DNA from: a virus
Taxonomy: Duplodnaviria; Heunggongvirae; Uroviricota; Caudoviricetes
Reading direction: 5' to 3' (one strand)
Length of the DNA stretch: 64,000 nucleotides
Virus record (IMG/VR): IMGVR_UViG_3300032116_000060
Span: 39,086 to 103,085 of that record
Positions 20,241 through 28,854 of this stretch are shown here, piece by piece; within the stretch, counting starts at the first letter, position 1; each line of letters begins with the position of its first letter. Position numbers and translations under genes: made by a program. The notes under the pieces were generated by a model, which was not told the DNA's origin, made no database searches, and saw only the letters and a program-made list of their open reading frames with translations.

Positions 20241-20894
20241 TTATTTATAATTTTCTACAATCTCGTGATGGTCAAAATTGAATATAGATTTGACCGGCCT
20301 GTTCTCCATTATCCTCAATACTTCTTGCATTTGAATAGGATATAACATATTACCATCACAGCCAACATCCATCATCTTACCCACTTGCAATCTCAAATTA
20401 GGATTGAAATGAACATGCCCATGCAAATGAATTGCCCCTCTTGCCATATTGTTCCAACTGGCAATTGGGAAGTGCATTAATACAAAGTTTTGTTCACCCA
20501 TTAGAGGAGTTCCAACATTCCACTTCACATTTAATTCAACATATTTGTTTACCGAATTAAATAATGTTTGACAATTATCTCTATTGTTTTCAATATGATG
20601 GTCGTGATTACCTGTAATGATATGAATGTTATTACATACAATTTGTTCTCTAAACTTTTGTATTTGTTCAAATCCACCAAAACTCCAATCGCCCAAATGG
20701 ATTAATATATCATCTTGTCTTACAACTTCATTAATGTTCCCAACTAAATGTGAATTCATATGTTCTAATGTTTTGAATTCCCTTAAAGTTACCGGGTCTT
20801 TCCATTTTGTTGTTGCACTACATATATTAGCGTGGTTATAATGGGTATCACTTGTAAACCATAATCTTTGCCCTTTATTTAATGCTATTCTCAT
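20241..20894 (-). CDS. calcineurin-like metallophosphoesterase
   Basis: motifs DTHYNH, GDWSFGG, GNHDHH, HGHVH. Confidence 0.75.
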   Translation of the reverse strand: MRIALNKGQRLWFTSDTHYNHANICSATTKWKDPVTLREFKTLEHMNSHLVGNINEVVRQDDILIHLGDWSFGGFEQIQKFREQIVCNNIHIITGNHDHHIENNRDNCQTLFNSVNKYVELNVKWNVGTPLMGEQNFVLMHFPIASWNNMARGAIHLHGHVHFNPNLRLQVGKMMDVGCDGNMLYPIQMQEVLRIMENRPVKSIFNFDHHEIVENYK

Positions 20895-21484
20895 TTTAAA
20901 AAGTTTAGTATCTTTTCTTTAATTCCAGTTTGTTTAATACCTTCGGTGCTACGCGGTGTTTCTACAAAGTTATCCAACCCCCATTCATGCTCATATGGAA
21001 CTGAATAATCCATTCCACTCTTCCCCATTCTCAAATCATCAACTGAAACCCAATGTGTAATTTCAGGATGATCGTTTAGGTATTGTTTAATTTCAATAGT
21101 TCTAGTTTGTTCCAATTCCCAAGCTCTACTCCAAATGAATCCCGCTGGATAAGCATCAATATACCAAGTACAATTACCCAAATTAGGAGTAAAGGCAATC
21201 GGTTTCTTTTTGATTCCCTTTGATTCATAATACTCACCCATCTCCTCAACATTTGCCCATCTTTTCCAATCAGATGATATAACAATTTCAGCATCAGTTT
21301 CTTCTAAAATTTCATTTAGTATCTTAACCGCTTTCTTGTTAAAATTATCAAACCGCATTTCAACGGGCATCTCTTTAATACCCTGGCTCATCTTACGGCC
21401 AAACTCTCTTTGTTTTTTATGCCTACTACCCCATTCAGTTGATAAACATATCACACCATCGTGGTCTAAAAAAATTACTTTCAT
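20891..21484 (-). CDS. HAD-superfamily phosphatase-like protein (DxDGV motif)
   Basis: N-terminal VIFLDHDGVI (HAD motif I), SSDW and DD motifs; resembles the T4 Pnkp 3'-phosphatase / 5'(3')-nucleotidase fold. Confidence 0.5.
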   Translation of the reverse strand: MKVIFLDHDGVICLSTEWGSRHKKQREFGRKMSQGIKEMPVEMRFDNFNKKAVKILNEILEETDAEIVISSDWKRWANVEEMGEYYESKGIKKKPIAFTPNLGNCTWYIDAYPAGFIWSRAWELEQTRTIEIKQYLNDHPEITHWVSVDDLRMGKSGMDYSVPYEHEWGLDNFVETPRSTEGIKQTGIKEKILNFLK

Positions 21485-21487
21485 ATT

Positions 21488-21685
21488 TTATTTTACTAAC
21501 CAATTTACTAATCCTTTCCAATCTAATGCAAATAGAGATAATGTTCCCATAGATAATGCGATTACTGCACAACCTAATTCATTTAACTCACCGGCAAAAT
21601 AACGCTGTGGGATTGAACCATTTAGAATTGCAACTCCAATCGAAATGGAAAGAATTGAAGTTAATATAATTTGATAATTTTTCAT
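21488..21685 (-). CDS. small membrane protein
   Basis: 65 aa, two TM helices. Confidence 0.4.
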   Translation of the reverse strand: MKNYQIILTSILSISIGVAILNGSIPQRYFAGELNELGCAVIALSMGTLSLFALDWKGLVNWLVK

Positions 21686-21713
21686 AACTTTTAGTTTAAA
21701 CTTATCTTATGTT

Positions 21714-22340
21714 TTAATACTCTTTTACAATCCAATTTGAAGGATTAGCCAATCTCACTTCATAGTTCCTACCTACTTTAATTAAGTATCTTTTAGTTAA
21801 TCGATTTTTGTATGGTATTTGAAGAGATTTTAAAATATGAACAAAGCTATTTGAACCAAATGATTTCTTATAAAATTCATTCATTTTGGTAAAACTAGCA
21901 TTTCCATTTTTTTCAACAAAATCTAAAATTGATTGTGTAATACCTTTTGAATTTTTAATTGTTTCATTAACAACACCATTTCCAAAAGAAGGTAGGTTCA
22001 AAGTTTTAAATGAATACACATCAGTTACCTCATATTTTCCAAATTCAGAATAATGATTCATAACCATCATTAAAACATTAAGGTAATGGGTAAGTTGTGT
22101 AGATTTTTCACCTTTTACCATTTTAATAGTACAAATATGATGATAACCATTCTCATCATCTCTATTCACATCAAATGGAACTTCACCATCGGTTTCCCAA
22201 TTTGGTGTGGCGTAAATGGAGATTTCTCTTTCCTTATCATACCATTCCAAAGTTCCACTTCGAGAATCTAAATGACCTACATAAGAACCAATCTCCTTAA
22301 TTTCACTTAAAATTTCATTAGGGGTAATCCAATTATTCAT
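21714..22340 (-). CDS. hypothetical protein
   Basis: 208-aa ORF; class-B promoter at 22353-22394. Confidence 0.55.
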   Translation of the reverse strand: MNNWITPNEILSEIKEIGSYVGHLDSRSGTLEWYDKEREISIYATPNWETDGEVPFDVNRDDENGYHHICTIKMVKGEKSTQLTHYLNVLMMVMNHYSEFGKYEVTDVYSFKTLNLPSFGNGVVNETIKNSKGITQSILDFVEKNGNASFTKMNEFYKKSFGSNSFVHILKSLQIPYKNRLTKRYLIKVGRNYEVRLANPSNWIVKEY

Positions 22341-22352
22341 ATCTTTTGTTTT

Positions 22353-22394
22353 TATTACATAATAAAGATAGTAAAAATTGTTGAATTTTCCAAG
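22353..22394 (-). promoter_or_regulatory. class-B motif
   Basis: TATTACATAATAAAGATAGTAAA ... TTGAATTTTCCAAG. Confidence 0.45.
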
Positions 22395-22441
22395 AAAAAG
22401 GGAGAAAATAAGCCATTGGAAATCAATCGTTTATAAAAATG

Positions 22442-22512
22442 TTACCCGAGCTGGATTCGAACCAACCCTAAATGCACCAAAAACATTTGTGCTACCGCTA
22501 CACCATCGGGCA
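22442..22512 (-). tRNA. tRNA-Gln(TTG)
   Basis: hand-folded cloverleaf; T-loop UUCGAAU; anticodon loop UUUUGGU; CCA not encoded. Confidence 0.55.
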
Positions 22513-22647
22513 ATAATCTCAAGCATTCTACTCCCCGCAGTACGGAATTGTATCTTACTTAGCCCATCGTTAGCGGTATGGGTACTTGAGTTTCTGTGAA
22601 CGAAAAACATCTATTTTTCTTCTGGCCTATCCACAATGGCCCACTTG

Positions 22648-22719
22648 AGCGGATGATAGGAATCGAACCTACGTCTCCAACTTGGAAGGATGGAGTAATA
22701 ACCATTATACGACATCCGC
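22648..22719 (-). tRNA. tRNA-Gly(TCC)
   Basis: acceptor GCGGAUG/CAUCCGC, T-loop UUCGAUU, anticodon loop CUUCCAA. Confidence 0.55.
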
Positions 22720-22730
22720 TTTTGTTTGTT

Positions 22731-22807
22731 TGGTGGGCCAGATAGGAATCGAACCTATTACCTCCGCATTATGAGTGCGTTGCTCTAACCGAATGAGCTA
22801 CAAGCCC
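22731..22807 (-). tRNA. tRNA with CAT anticodon (Met or Ile2), CCA encoded
   Basis: acceptor GGGCUUG, D arm GCUC-AUUCGGUUA-GAGC, anticodon loop CUCAUAA, T arm AUAGG-UUCGAUU-CCUAU, encoded CCA. Confidence 0.55.
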
Positions 22808-22865
22808 TAACATCGTTTAATCTGATGATAAAATGAATTATCTTTTCTTTCAACGATAAATAAAG

Positions 22866-22986
22866 GTGCCGGTGAAAGGATTGGTTACCTATACGATGTC
22901 CATTTCGGATACACCCCCTATCTAGAATTCAGGACGTCTAATGGTTTCTATTCGAATTCAAACCCATTCATTCCGCCACACCGGCA
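22866..22986. ncRNA. structured tRNA-like element of unclear nature
   Basis: perfect 7-bp terminal helix gccggtg...caccggc enclosing about 107 nt containing ttcgaat and palindromic gaattcgaattc; no canonical cloverleaf found. Confidence 0.2.
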
Positions 22987-22993
22987 TATATCT

Positions 22994-23185
22994 TTAATCA
23001 ATATCTTCTACTTCAGTTATAGTGAAATCCTCACCACCTGATGTTTCCTTTTGCCAGAAATCACCATTATCTTCAATCTCACCACTCTCTACCAATTCAA
23101 TTGCATCATCTTCGGTTTCTGCTTCAACGGTGTAAGTAACATACTCATCGATTGTTCTTACGCCTGTAATTGTAAATCTTTTCAT
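22994..23185 (-). CDS. small acidic protein
   Basis: 63-aa ORF, Glu/Asp-rich. Confidence 0.45.
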   Translation of the reverse strand: MKRFTITGVRTIDEYVTYTVEAETEDDAIELVESGEIEDNGDFWQKETSGGEDFTITEVEDID

Positions 23186-23197
23186 ATTGTTTTATTT

Positions 23198-23274
23198 TGG
23201 TGGAGAATACAGGAGTCGAACCTGTGGCCTTTTGAATGCAAATCAAACGCTCTAGCCAACTGAGCTAATCCCCC
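23198..23274 (-). tRNA. tRNA-Ala(TGC)
   Basis: 5' GGGGGAUUAGCUCAGUUGG; G3:U70; anticodon loop UUUGCAU; CCA encoded. Confidence 0.65.
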
Positions 23275-23286
23275 TTAAAATTCACG

Positions 23287-23370
23287 TACCAGAGGTGGGA
23301 CTCGAACCCACACGAGCTTTCAGCTCAATTGATTTTAAGTCAATCTTGTCTACCATTCCAACACTCCGGC
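23287..23370 (-). tRNA. tRNA-Leu(TAA)
   Basis: long variable hairpin GAGCUGAAAGCUC; anticodon loop CUUAAAA; T arm GUGGG-UUCGAGU-CCCAC. Confidence 0.6.
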
Positions 23371-23413
23371 ATTATTTAAATCAAATGTACGAAAACGATT
23401 GAAAGAAAACAAG

Positions 23414-23869
23414 CTATTTTAAAATTTTATTTACAGCATACAATTTTACTTTCGTAAACTTATTCCCATCTTCATCAGGATTAATAAGTATATCTATCTT
23501 ATTTCGGAATCGTTTATTCATCAAATCCCTTACATAGTAAATACCATCTAAATTACCTGCTCCTTTAATTCTTACTTTTTCCCCAAATTTTAACTTTCGT
23601 TTAAGGTCTCTACTAACTGCTATTACCTTTTGTTTCTTTGGATTTATACTATCCAATTTGTAACCACTTGCGGTAATTAATGGAGTTGAATCAGTTTCTT
23701 CTTCGGTAATTGAATATGTCGTCGCCGTTACCAAATGATAATCTGGTCTTTTCCTTTCAATTATGTCATCTACAATTTGCTCTTCACTTTTTACCACTTC
23801 ATTATTATGTGGAATAAAGGCAATTGTTATGATAAACAAAATCAATAATTTCGTAATTGTTATTTTCAT
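23414..23869 (-). CDS. secreted 3D-domain protein (cell-wall-binding or lytic-transglycosylase-like)
   Basis: signal/anchor N-terminus; 3D-domain-like blocks TATTYS..TASG..VIAVS..GAGNLDGIYYVRDL. Confidence 0.5.
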   Translation of the reverse strand: MKITITKLLILFIITIAFIPHNNEVVKSEEQIVDDIIERKRPDYHLVTATTYSITEEETDSTPLITASGYKLDSINPKKQKVIAVSRDLKRKLKFGEKVRIKGAGNLDGIYYVRDLMNKRFRNKIDILINPDEDGNKFTKVKLYAVNKILK

Positions 23870-23883
23870 ATTTTATTTGTTTG

Positions 23884-23957
<74 letters not shown>

Positions 23958-24038
23958 ATTGCGGTCTATAAGGGTTACGCTCCCTTTACTTCACAGTGAC
24001 AGTGTGATATGATAACTACTTCACTAATAGACCTTTTG

Positions 24039-24112
24039 AGCCTCCGGTCGGATTCGAACCAACGACAACCTGATTACAAATCAGGAGCTCTGGCCAACTG
24101 AGCTACGGAGGC
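24039..24112 (-). tRNA. tRNA-Thr(TGT)
   Basis: perfect acceptor GCCUCCG; anticodon loop UUUGUAA. Confidence 0.65.
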
Positions 24113-24120
24113 CTATTATG

Positions 24121-24192
24121 TACTCGGTACGGGATTCGAACCCGTGCTACATCCGTGAAAGGGATGTGACCTAACCCCTAGTCCAACCGAGC
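24121..24192 (-). tRNA. tRNA-Glu(TTC)
   Basis: anticodon stem CAUCC/GGAUG, loop CUUUCAC; 3-bp D stem. Confidence 0.6.
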
Positions 24193-24193
24193 A

Positions 24194-24616
24194 TTAAAAT
24201 GGTAAATTTATTGAATGGGATGCAAATGTATTATTAGATGCTTTTAATTTAGTTTGTTTAAGACCACTTAAAAAATTTAAATAACTATTTACCATACTAT
24301 TTTTAACTAATTCGCTTCCCATTTGTTTCATAAATTCATTTATATCTAAAAGGTCTTTTCTTCTAAATACTCTTTTTATATTCGGAGTGATTTGTTGTTG
24401 AGGTAAATTAACACTCATTAAAAATTCATCAAACTCACCTTCTTTAAGAAACACTTCTATAAAAGTTTCCCCAACCGAATCACTATCACACATAGTAAAG
24501 CAATAGGTAGTTTTACCCAATTCATCTTCGGTGGTATATGTTGTATCAATAGCCAAATCCATACCTGCTAATATAATAAACTTATACCTTAACTTATCCC
24601 AATTGATTATCTTCAT
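24194..24616 (-). CDS. hypothetical protein
   Basis: 140-aa ORF; class-A box 7 nt upstream (24620-24638). Confidence 0.5.
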   Translation of the reverse strand: MKIINWDKLRYKFIILAGMDLAIDTTYTTEDELGKTTYCFTMCDSDSVGETFIEVFLKEGEFDEFLMSVNLPQQQITPNIKRVFRRKDLLDINEFMKQMGSELVKNSMVNSYLNFLSGLKQTKLKASNNTFASHSINLPF

Positions 24617-24619
24617 CGT

Positions 24620-24638
24620 TTACAAATATACGAAAAAT
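24620..24638 (-). promoter_or_regulatory. class-A promoter box
   Basis: TTACAAATATACGAAAAAT. Confidence 0.4.
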
Positions 24639-24660
24639 ATCTGATATATCCAAAAAAAGT

Positions 24661-25116
24661 TTAACCCTTTACGATATGGTCAGCAGCGTATGTAGCAATT
24701 GGGCCTAATGTTTTATATCTAACCGCATACCCCATTCCTTCCACCATACCAACTGCTTGTCTGAACACTTCGTTTGATTTATATCGAGGATCAGGATTCA
24801 AATCAATATCAATCCATTTAACCTTCGGTAATCCTGCATTTTTAATACTTTCAGCAACTTCAATAGCATACCAAACTTCATTTAATAATCTGGTTGCCCT
24901 TACTCTTTCTCTTTGTGTATTCCATCTTCTATAAAGAACATGCGCACCTTTACCTCTATGATATAAGGCAACTACAATGGCATATATTGTCTTATCAACA
25001 TAGTTTTGTGAATCACATCCGATAAGTATATCTACATCATTATTCGTTTGAAGATAATCATTTAGATAATCAATCAAACTAACTTTTTCTCCATCGTATA
25101 GCCGTTTGTATTCCAT
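24661..25116 (-). CDS. hypothetical protein (possible RNase-H-like fold)
   Basis: 151-aa ORF; ILIGCDSQ motif. Confidence 0.5.
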   Translation of the reverse strand: MEYKRLYDGEKVSLIDYLNDYLQTNNDVDILIGCDSQNYVDKTIYAIVVALYHRGKGAHVLYRRWNTQRERVRATRLLNEVWYAIEVAESIKNAGLPKVKWIDIDLNPDPRYKSNEVFRQAVGMVEGMGYAVRYKTLGPIATYAADHIVKG

Positions 25117-25137
25117 ATTATTACTTTTTTAGTTTTG

Positions 25138-25212
25138 TGCCCATAGAAGGATTCGAACCTTCAATTGGATGGCTTCTAAGACCATTGCGTATGCCAATTC
25201 CGCCATACGGGC
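25138..25212 (-). tRNA. tRNA with Leu anticodon TAG but class-I (short variable arm) architecture
   Basis: acceptor GCCCGUA/UAUGGGC; anticodon stem AUGGU/GCCAU, loop CUUAGAA; variable region only 6 nt. Confidence 0.45.
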
Positions 25213-25220
25213 ATTTTGAG

Positions 25221-25306
25221 TAGAGAGTAAGAGGTTCGAACTCTTGCGACTTTTACATCCTACCTGTTTAGCAAACAGGCCCCTTCACCAACTTGGGTAA
25301 CTCTCT
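25221..25306 (-). tRNA. tRNA-Ser(GCT)
   Basis: 86 nt with a long variable arm; anticodon loop UUGCUAA; acceptor AGAGAGU. Confidence 0.6.
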
Positions 25307-25371
25307 ATTTTGGTAGTTTTTAATCTCAATTCGGGTAAGAGGAGATACCAGCTCCAGAACTCGGGGTTGGG

Positions 25372-25443
25372 GGTGAATAATGGGATTCGAACCCATACTA
25401 ACAGAACCACAATCTGTCGTGCTACCCTTACACAATAAACACC
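25372..25443 (-). tRNA. tRNA-His(GTG) with G-1
   Basis: anticodon loop UUGUGGU; extra 5' G opposite C73; two U-U mismatches in the acceptor stem. Confidence 0.5.
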
Positions 25444-25451
25444 ATATTAAG

Positions 25452-25521
25452 TTGCGTGTTTGAGGTTTGAACTCAATTGGTCATCCTTATGAGAGATAAC
25501 TCTTTTCCACTAAGCCACGCA
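25452..25521 (-). tRNA. second tRNA with CAT anticodon (atypical D arm, 7-bp anticodon helix)
   Basis: T arm UUGAG-UUCAAAC-CUCAA; anticodon loop CUCAUAA; weak D arm. Confidence 0.4.
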
Positions 25522-25526
25522 GTTTG

Positions 25527-25597
25527 AGGTGGATATTGGATTTGAACCAATGTGAATGGTTTTGCAGACCACCTCCTCGCCTCTCGGACAATCCACC
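25527..25597 (-). tRNA. tRNA-Cys(GCA)
   Basis: acceptor GGUGGAU; U73 discriminator; anticodon loop CUGCAAA. Confidence 0.6.
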
Positions 25598-25603
25598 CTA
25601 TTG

Positions 25604-25675
25604 TAGCCCCTAAAGGATTCGAACCCTTACTCCAACATCCGTAGTGTTGTGTGCTATCCGTTACACCAAAGAGCC
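25604..25675 (-). tRNA. tRNA-Arg(ACG)
   Basis: anticodon stem CAACA/UGUUG, loop CUACGGA; acceptor has three G-U wobbles. Confidence 0.5.
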
Positions 25676-25679
25676 ATCG

Positions 25680-25871
25680 TTATTTCCATTGAGTCTTTCG
25701 GCTGTGTTTCCAACTTCTACACTCTCTTACTCTTACAACCTTACCACTACCATGTCTTTTTGCTCTGAACGATGATGGATGACAATCATAATACCAACTT
25801 CCATTTCGTTTGTTACAAATCATACAATAGTTGTAGATTTGATTCATTTGTTTTACTCTTTCTTCTTTCAT
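25680..25871 (-). CDS. small Cys/His-rich zinc-ribbon-like protein
   Basis: 63-aa ORF (CMICNK...DCH). Confidence 0.3.
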   Translation of the reverse strand: MKEERVKQMNQIYNYCMICNKRNGSWYYDCHPSSFRAKRHGSGKVVRVRECRSWKHSRKTQWK

Positions 25872-26074
25872 TTTGCATTAGGTTTAACTAATGCTTGTCA
25901 AATAATTGTTTCATAGTTTTACATTTATATTATTCACCGCCGTAAATAACAACTTTATCAAATTTTAATCCACCCCAATACCTTATAATAACACATTTAT
26001 TGTTGTAGCAAAATTCTATACTTGGATAATTGTTTTTTAAATCAAAGTTTATTTTCATAGTTTTATTCATTTAG

Positions 26075-26146
26075 CACCCCCTAAAAGATTCGAACTTTTA
26101 TCAACGGTTTTGGAGACCGGTATGCTAGCCATTGCACCAAGGAGAT
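26075..26146 (-). tRNA. tRNA-Trp(CCA)
   Basis: anticodon loop CUCCAAA; G73; acceptor with two G-U pairs. Confidence 0.55.
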
Positions 26147-26237
26147 AGTTAATAAGGCGTTACGCATCCATCTGTAACTTTACTTTTTTTGAGTCCGGAT
26201 GTGGCCACACCAACTCTGGGAACGATTACCTTATTTG

Positions 26238-26311
26238 TTGGAATAGAAAGACTCGAACTTTCAACTTTCACCGTATCAGGATGACACTCTAACCAATTGA
26301 GTTATATTCCA
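26238..26311 (-). tRNA. tRNA-Ile(GAT)
   Basis: perfect acceptor UGGAAUA; D arm ACUC-AAUUGGUUA-GAGU; anticodon loop CUGAUAC. Confidence 0.6.
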
Positions 26312-26317
26312 ATTTTG

Positions 26318-26393
26318 TATAGATGGTTGGATTCGAACCAACGTGTTCCACTTCCCAAAAGTGGCGAGATAAACCTGCCTCCTCTACATCTAT
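26318..26393 (-). tRNA. tRNA-Pro(TGG)
   Basis: anticodon stem CCACU/AGUGG, loop UUUGGGA. Confidence 0.55.
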
Positions 26394-26443
26394 ATGGCCG
26401 GCTCCGATTTTTGTATAGAACGTTGCCGAAGTAAACTATTTTG

Positions 26444-26517
26444 TGAACCCGAATGGACTCGAACCATTGACTTTCTCATTAAAAGTGAGAAGCTCTAACC
26501 AACTGAGCTACGAGTTC
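26444..26517 (-). tRNA. tRNA-Lys(TTT)
   Basis: D arm GCUC-AGUUGGUUA-GAGC; anticodon loop CUUUUAA. Confidence 0.65.
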
Positions 26518-26523
26518 ATTGTG

Positions 26524-26596
26524 TGGAGCCTTGAGGAATCGAACCGCATCCTTCCGCTCTTCAGGCGGACGTACGCACCAGCTATACGAAAGCTCC
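26524..26596 (-). tRNA. tRNA-Phe(GAA)
   Basis: anticodon stem UCCGC/GCGGA, loop CUGAAGA. Confidence 0.6.
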
Positions 26597-26601
26597 AATT
26601 G

Positions 26602-26683
26602 TGCCTGCAGATGGACTCGAACCACCGAACTCCGAAGAGAGGAGATTTACAGTCTCCAGCAATTGCCACTATGCGATACAGGC
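26602..26683 (-). tRNA. tRNA-Tyr(GTA)
   Basis: 82 nt with a long variable hairpin UCUCUUCGGAGU; anticodon loop CUGUAAA. Confidence 0.6.
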
Positions 26684-26691
26684 ATAAATTG

Positions 26692-26765
26692 TAGAAGATA
26701 TAGGATTCGAACCTATGACCCTTTGGATGTAAACCAAATGCTCTAACCAACTGAGCTAATCTTCT
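26692..26765 (-). tRNA. tRNA-Val(TAC)
   Basis: perfect acceptor AGAAGAU; anticodon loop UUUACAU. Confidence 0.65.
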
Positions 26766-26796
26766 ATTTTCCCACAATGTCAAAGAACCTTTCTTG

Positions 26797-26868
26797 CGTT
26801 GATGGTAGGATTCGAACCTACGACCAATAGATTAACAGTCTACTGCGCTACCACTGCGCCACACCAAC
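26797..26868 (-). tRNA. tRNA-Asn(GTT)
   Basis: D arm GCGC-AGUGGUA-GCGC; anticodon loop CUGUUAA. Confidence 0.6.
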
Positions 26869-28380
26869 ATAAACTAAAAAACCCCCTAACTTTTTCAGTT
26901 AGAGGGTTCTTCTAATATTGTTCAAAAATCTATATTTTATCCCACATCGGTATCCTCTAACTTATTCGTGCTAATATAATCCACCTTGCCTAAATTCAAG
27001 AATGACGGATTCTCTATCGCACTAAACATACTAATCCCCGTCCATTCACATCTCTGTGTAGGCAGTTGATAATCTGTATGTAAGTTAAGAGTTTTCATTT
27101 TCTTCTAATATAAGTATAACACTATTTCTTTTTAAATCAATTTAGCTAAAAAATAAGTAACCGGTCTTCAAAATACTCCATCCAAGTCATGCTCTGGTTA
27201 ATACCCGCCTCGACAAGTTACTCATAAAAATGAAAGATTTGTAGGGTGGTTCTTTCAAAAGGCCTAGCTACAGCCGTTTTTACCATCAATTAAATTCGCT
27301 TTGTTGAGATTGTTTAAGGCGAAAATCCCCTACGGAAAACCATACCATCATACATTTTTTCATTTTTTATTAAAGTGGAACTTTCAGTTGTCTAGAAGAT
27401 ACATCTAACTTTCTGCCGGAAACCACTACGAAGCTATCATCATTGGAATCGAACCAACATTAACCATTATGATAATAAAATAAGGATGAGAATACTCCAT
27501 ATTGTGAACCAGCTTTTGAAAGATTATTTGTTTCCTTTCGTTTCCACTTCCTTTTGAGAAGTACCAATTCAATGTCGGTTGGTATAGCCAACCAATCTTA
27601 GAGTTACATCTTACTCTCATCATACTCATTTTCTTCTACTCTGCCGAGCAGATTCACACTTGCGGTGTTAGAAACCTTTCAAATGAATCACATTCCCCTT
27701 GAGGAGGTCTGTGGCAGTGAACAACTCACTACTATGTAGACACCTTTCGGATGTAACTGGCAAACTCTTTTTCTTATTTTTATTTATAGTTTTTACACCG
27801 AAGTAAAAATGAGTTTGGTTTGTAGATGGTTTCAGGTAGTGGTTTGCCTTAAGCTCCGTTATCTTTTGAACAACGGAATACTTTACTACCCGATACGATA
27901 TCCCTATCGTCATACTTTAAGTCATCTTCATTTATAGGTGTTGGTACACTCTATAAAAGGATGGTAACAGCACCACCTGTACACTATCTTATCTCAAAAG
28001 GTTTCCCTAATTTGATTTTAAGATAACTTTGGTATTGAATCACGCAATGATAAAGAGAGATTAAGTCTTTACTTCTTGCATTAATTCTATGAGTTATTCT
28101 TATTGGTATTCCTACCTCAACTGAACAATCTACACTTGCCCAGTCACCTCTACTCCTCTCCTAAAGTGTTACCCTCAGATACTAAGCATTTGTGATACCT
28201 CACTTGCATACTCGAGCTCATCTCCCTTACGGGGGAGGAGCCGCAAATCGATTAAACCAAACCGATTCACTTTATCCTTCTTTCGAAGTTTATTTAACGA
28301 CCATATGCGGCCACTCTATTATGTAACACAAAGTTACTATATAGAAATTAGTTTCAATAATTTAAAGAACTTTTCTTTGT

Positions 28381-28416
28381 TGTTACAAATATACGGAAGT
28401 TTTTTTTAATTTCCAA
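28381..28416 (-). promoter_or_regulatory. class-A motif copy 1 of a tandem array in the non-coding region
   Basis: TTACAAATATACGGAAG...TTCCAAGC. Confidence 0.4.
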
Positions 28417-28482
28417 GCATTTTAACAACTTTTTTTTCCATTTGAAACCGAGTATCTTTCATCACCTATAAGTTTCAAACTT

Positions 28483-28518
28483 TAACAAATATACGAAACT
28501 TTTTTCGTATTTCCAAAT
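28483..28518 (-). promoter_or_regulatory. class-A motif copy 2
   Basis: AACAAATATACGAAAC...TTTCCAAATC. Confidence 0.4.
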
Positions 28519-28627
28519 CTTTTTTAACAAAATGAAGTAGTGGTGTCCGGCTTTATCCTACCACGCGCCGGGTAGTTACACATTCGGTTTTATTAGATGT
28601 TGGCTTCAACCACTATCTCATTTTGTT

Positions 28628-28664
28628 ATTACAAATATACGGAAGTTTTTTCAAAGTTTCAAGC
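28628..28664 (-). promoter_or_regulatory. class-A motif copy 3
   Basis: TTACAAATATACGGAAG...TTTCAAGC. Confidence 0.4.
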
Positions 28665-28757
28665 ATTTTTGTAATTTTTTTTGTGAACCTCATCCAAGCC
28701 CTGTTAAGGATACCGTCTGAATACTACTCTCACAAAAATCTAGTAGTGTAGATTTGT

Positions 28758-28825
28758 TGCAACGCCTAGGAATCGAACCTAGTTAATTTGGCTTATGAGA
28801 CCAACGAGATACCTCACCTCCCGCC
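28758..28825 (-). tRNA. tRNA-like CAT-anticodon element with defective acceptor pairing (possible pseudogene or initiator-like)
   Basis: T arm CUAGG-UUCGAUU-CCUAG; anticodon loop CUCAUAA; D arm plausible; 5' acceptor strand does not pair. Confidence 0.3.
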
Positions 28826-28854
28826 TGCTATTTTAAAGAACTTATTTTATTATT

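Larger units (their letters stand above)
26869..28750. ncRNA. about 1.9-kb non-coding, hairpin-rich region; candidate large structured ncRNA(s) and/or regulatory hub
   Basis: no ORF above 81 aa and none with protein-like composition; many stable local hairpins; tRNA-like T-arm/acceptor minihelix at 27434-27474; tandem promoter-like motifs at its right end. Confidence 0.2.

Noticed and set aside
22378-22599. Plus-strand ORFs over the tRNA region (22378..22599, 23051..23263, 23763..23999, 26443..26783)
   Set aside because: They overlap well-folded tRNA genes, so they are spurious translations of tRNA sequence
25138-25212. Amber-suppressor tRNA
   Set aside because: The anticodon reads 5'-UAG-3', which decodes CUA Leu codons. 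It is not CUA, the amber-reading anticodon. All long ORFs are intact under the standard code, so there is no evidence of stop-codon reassignment in this window
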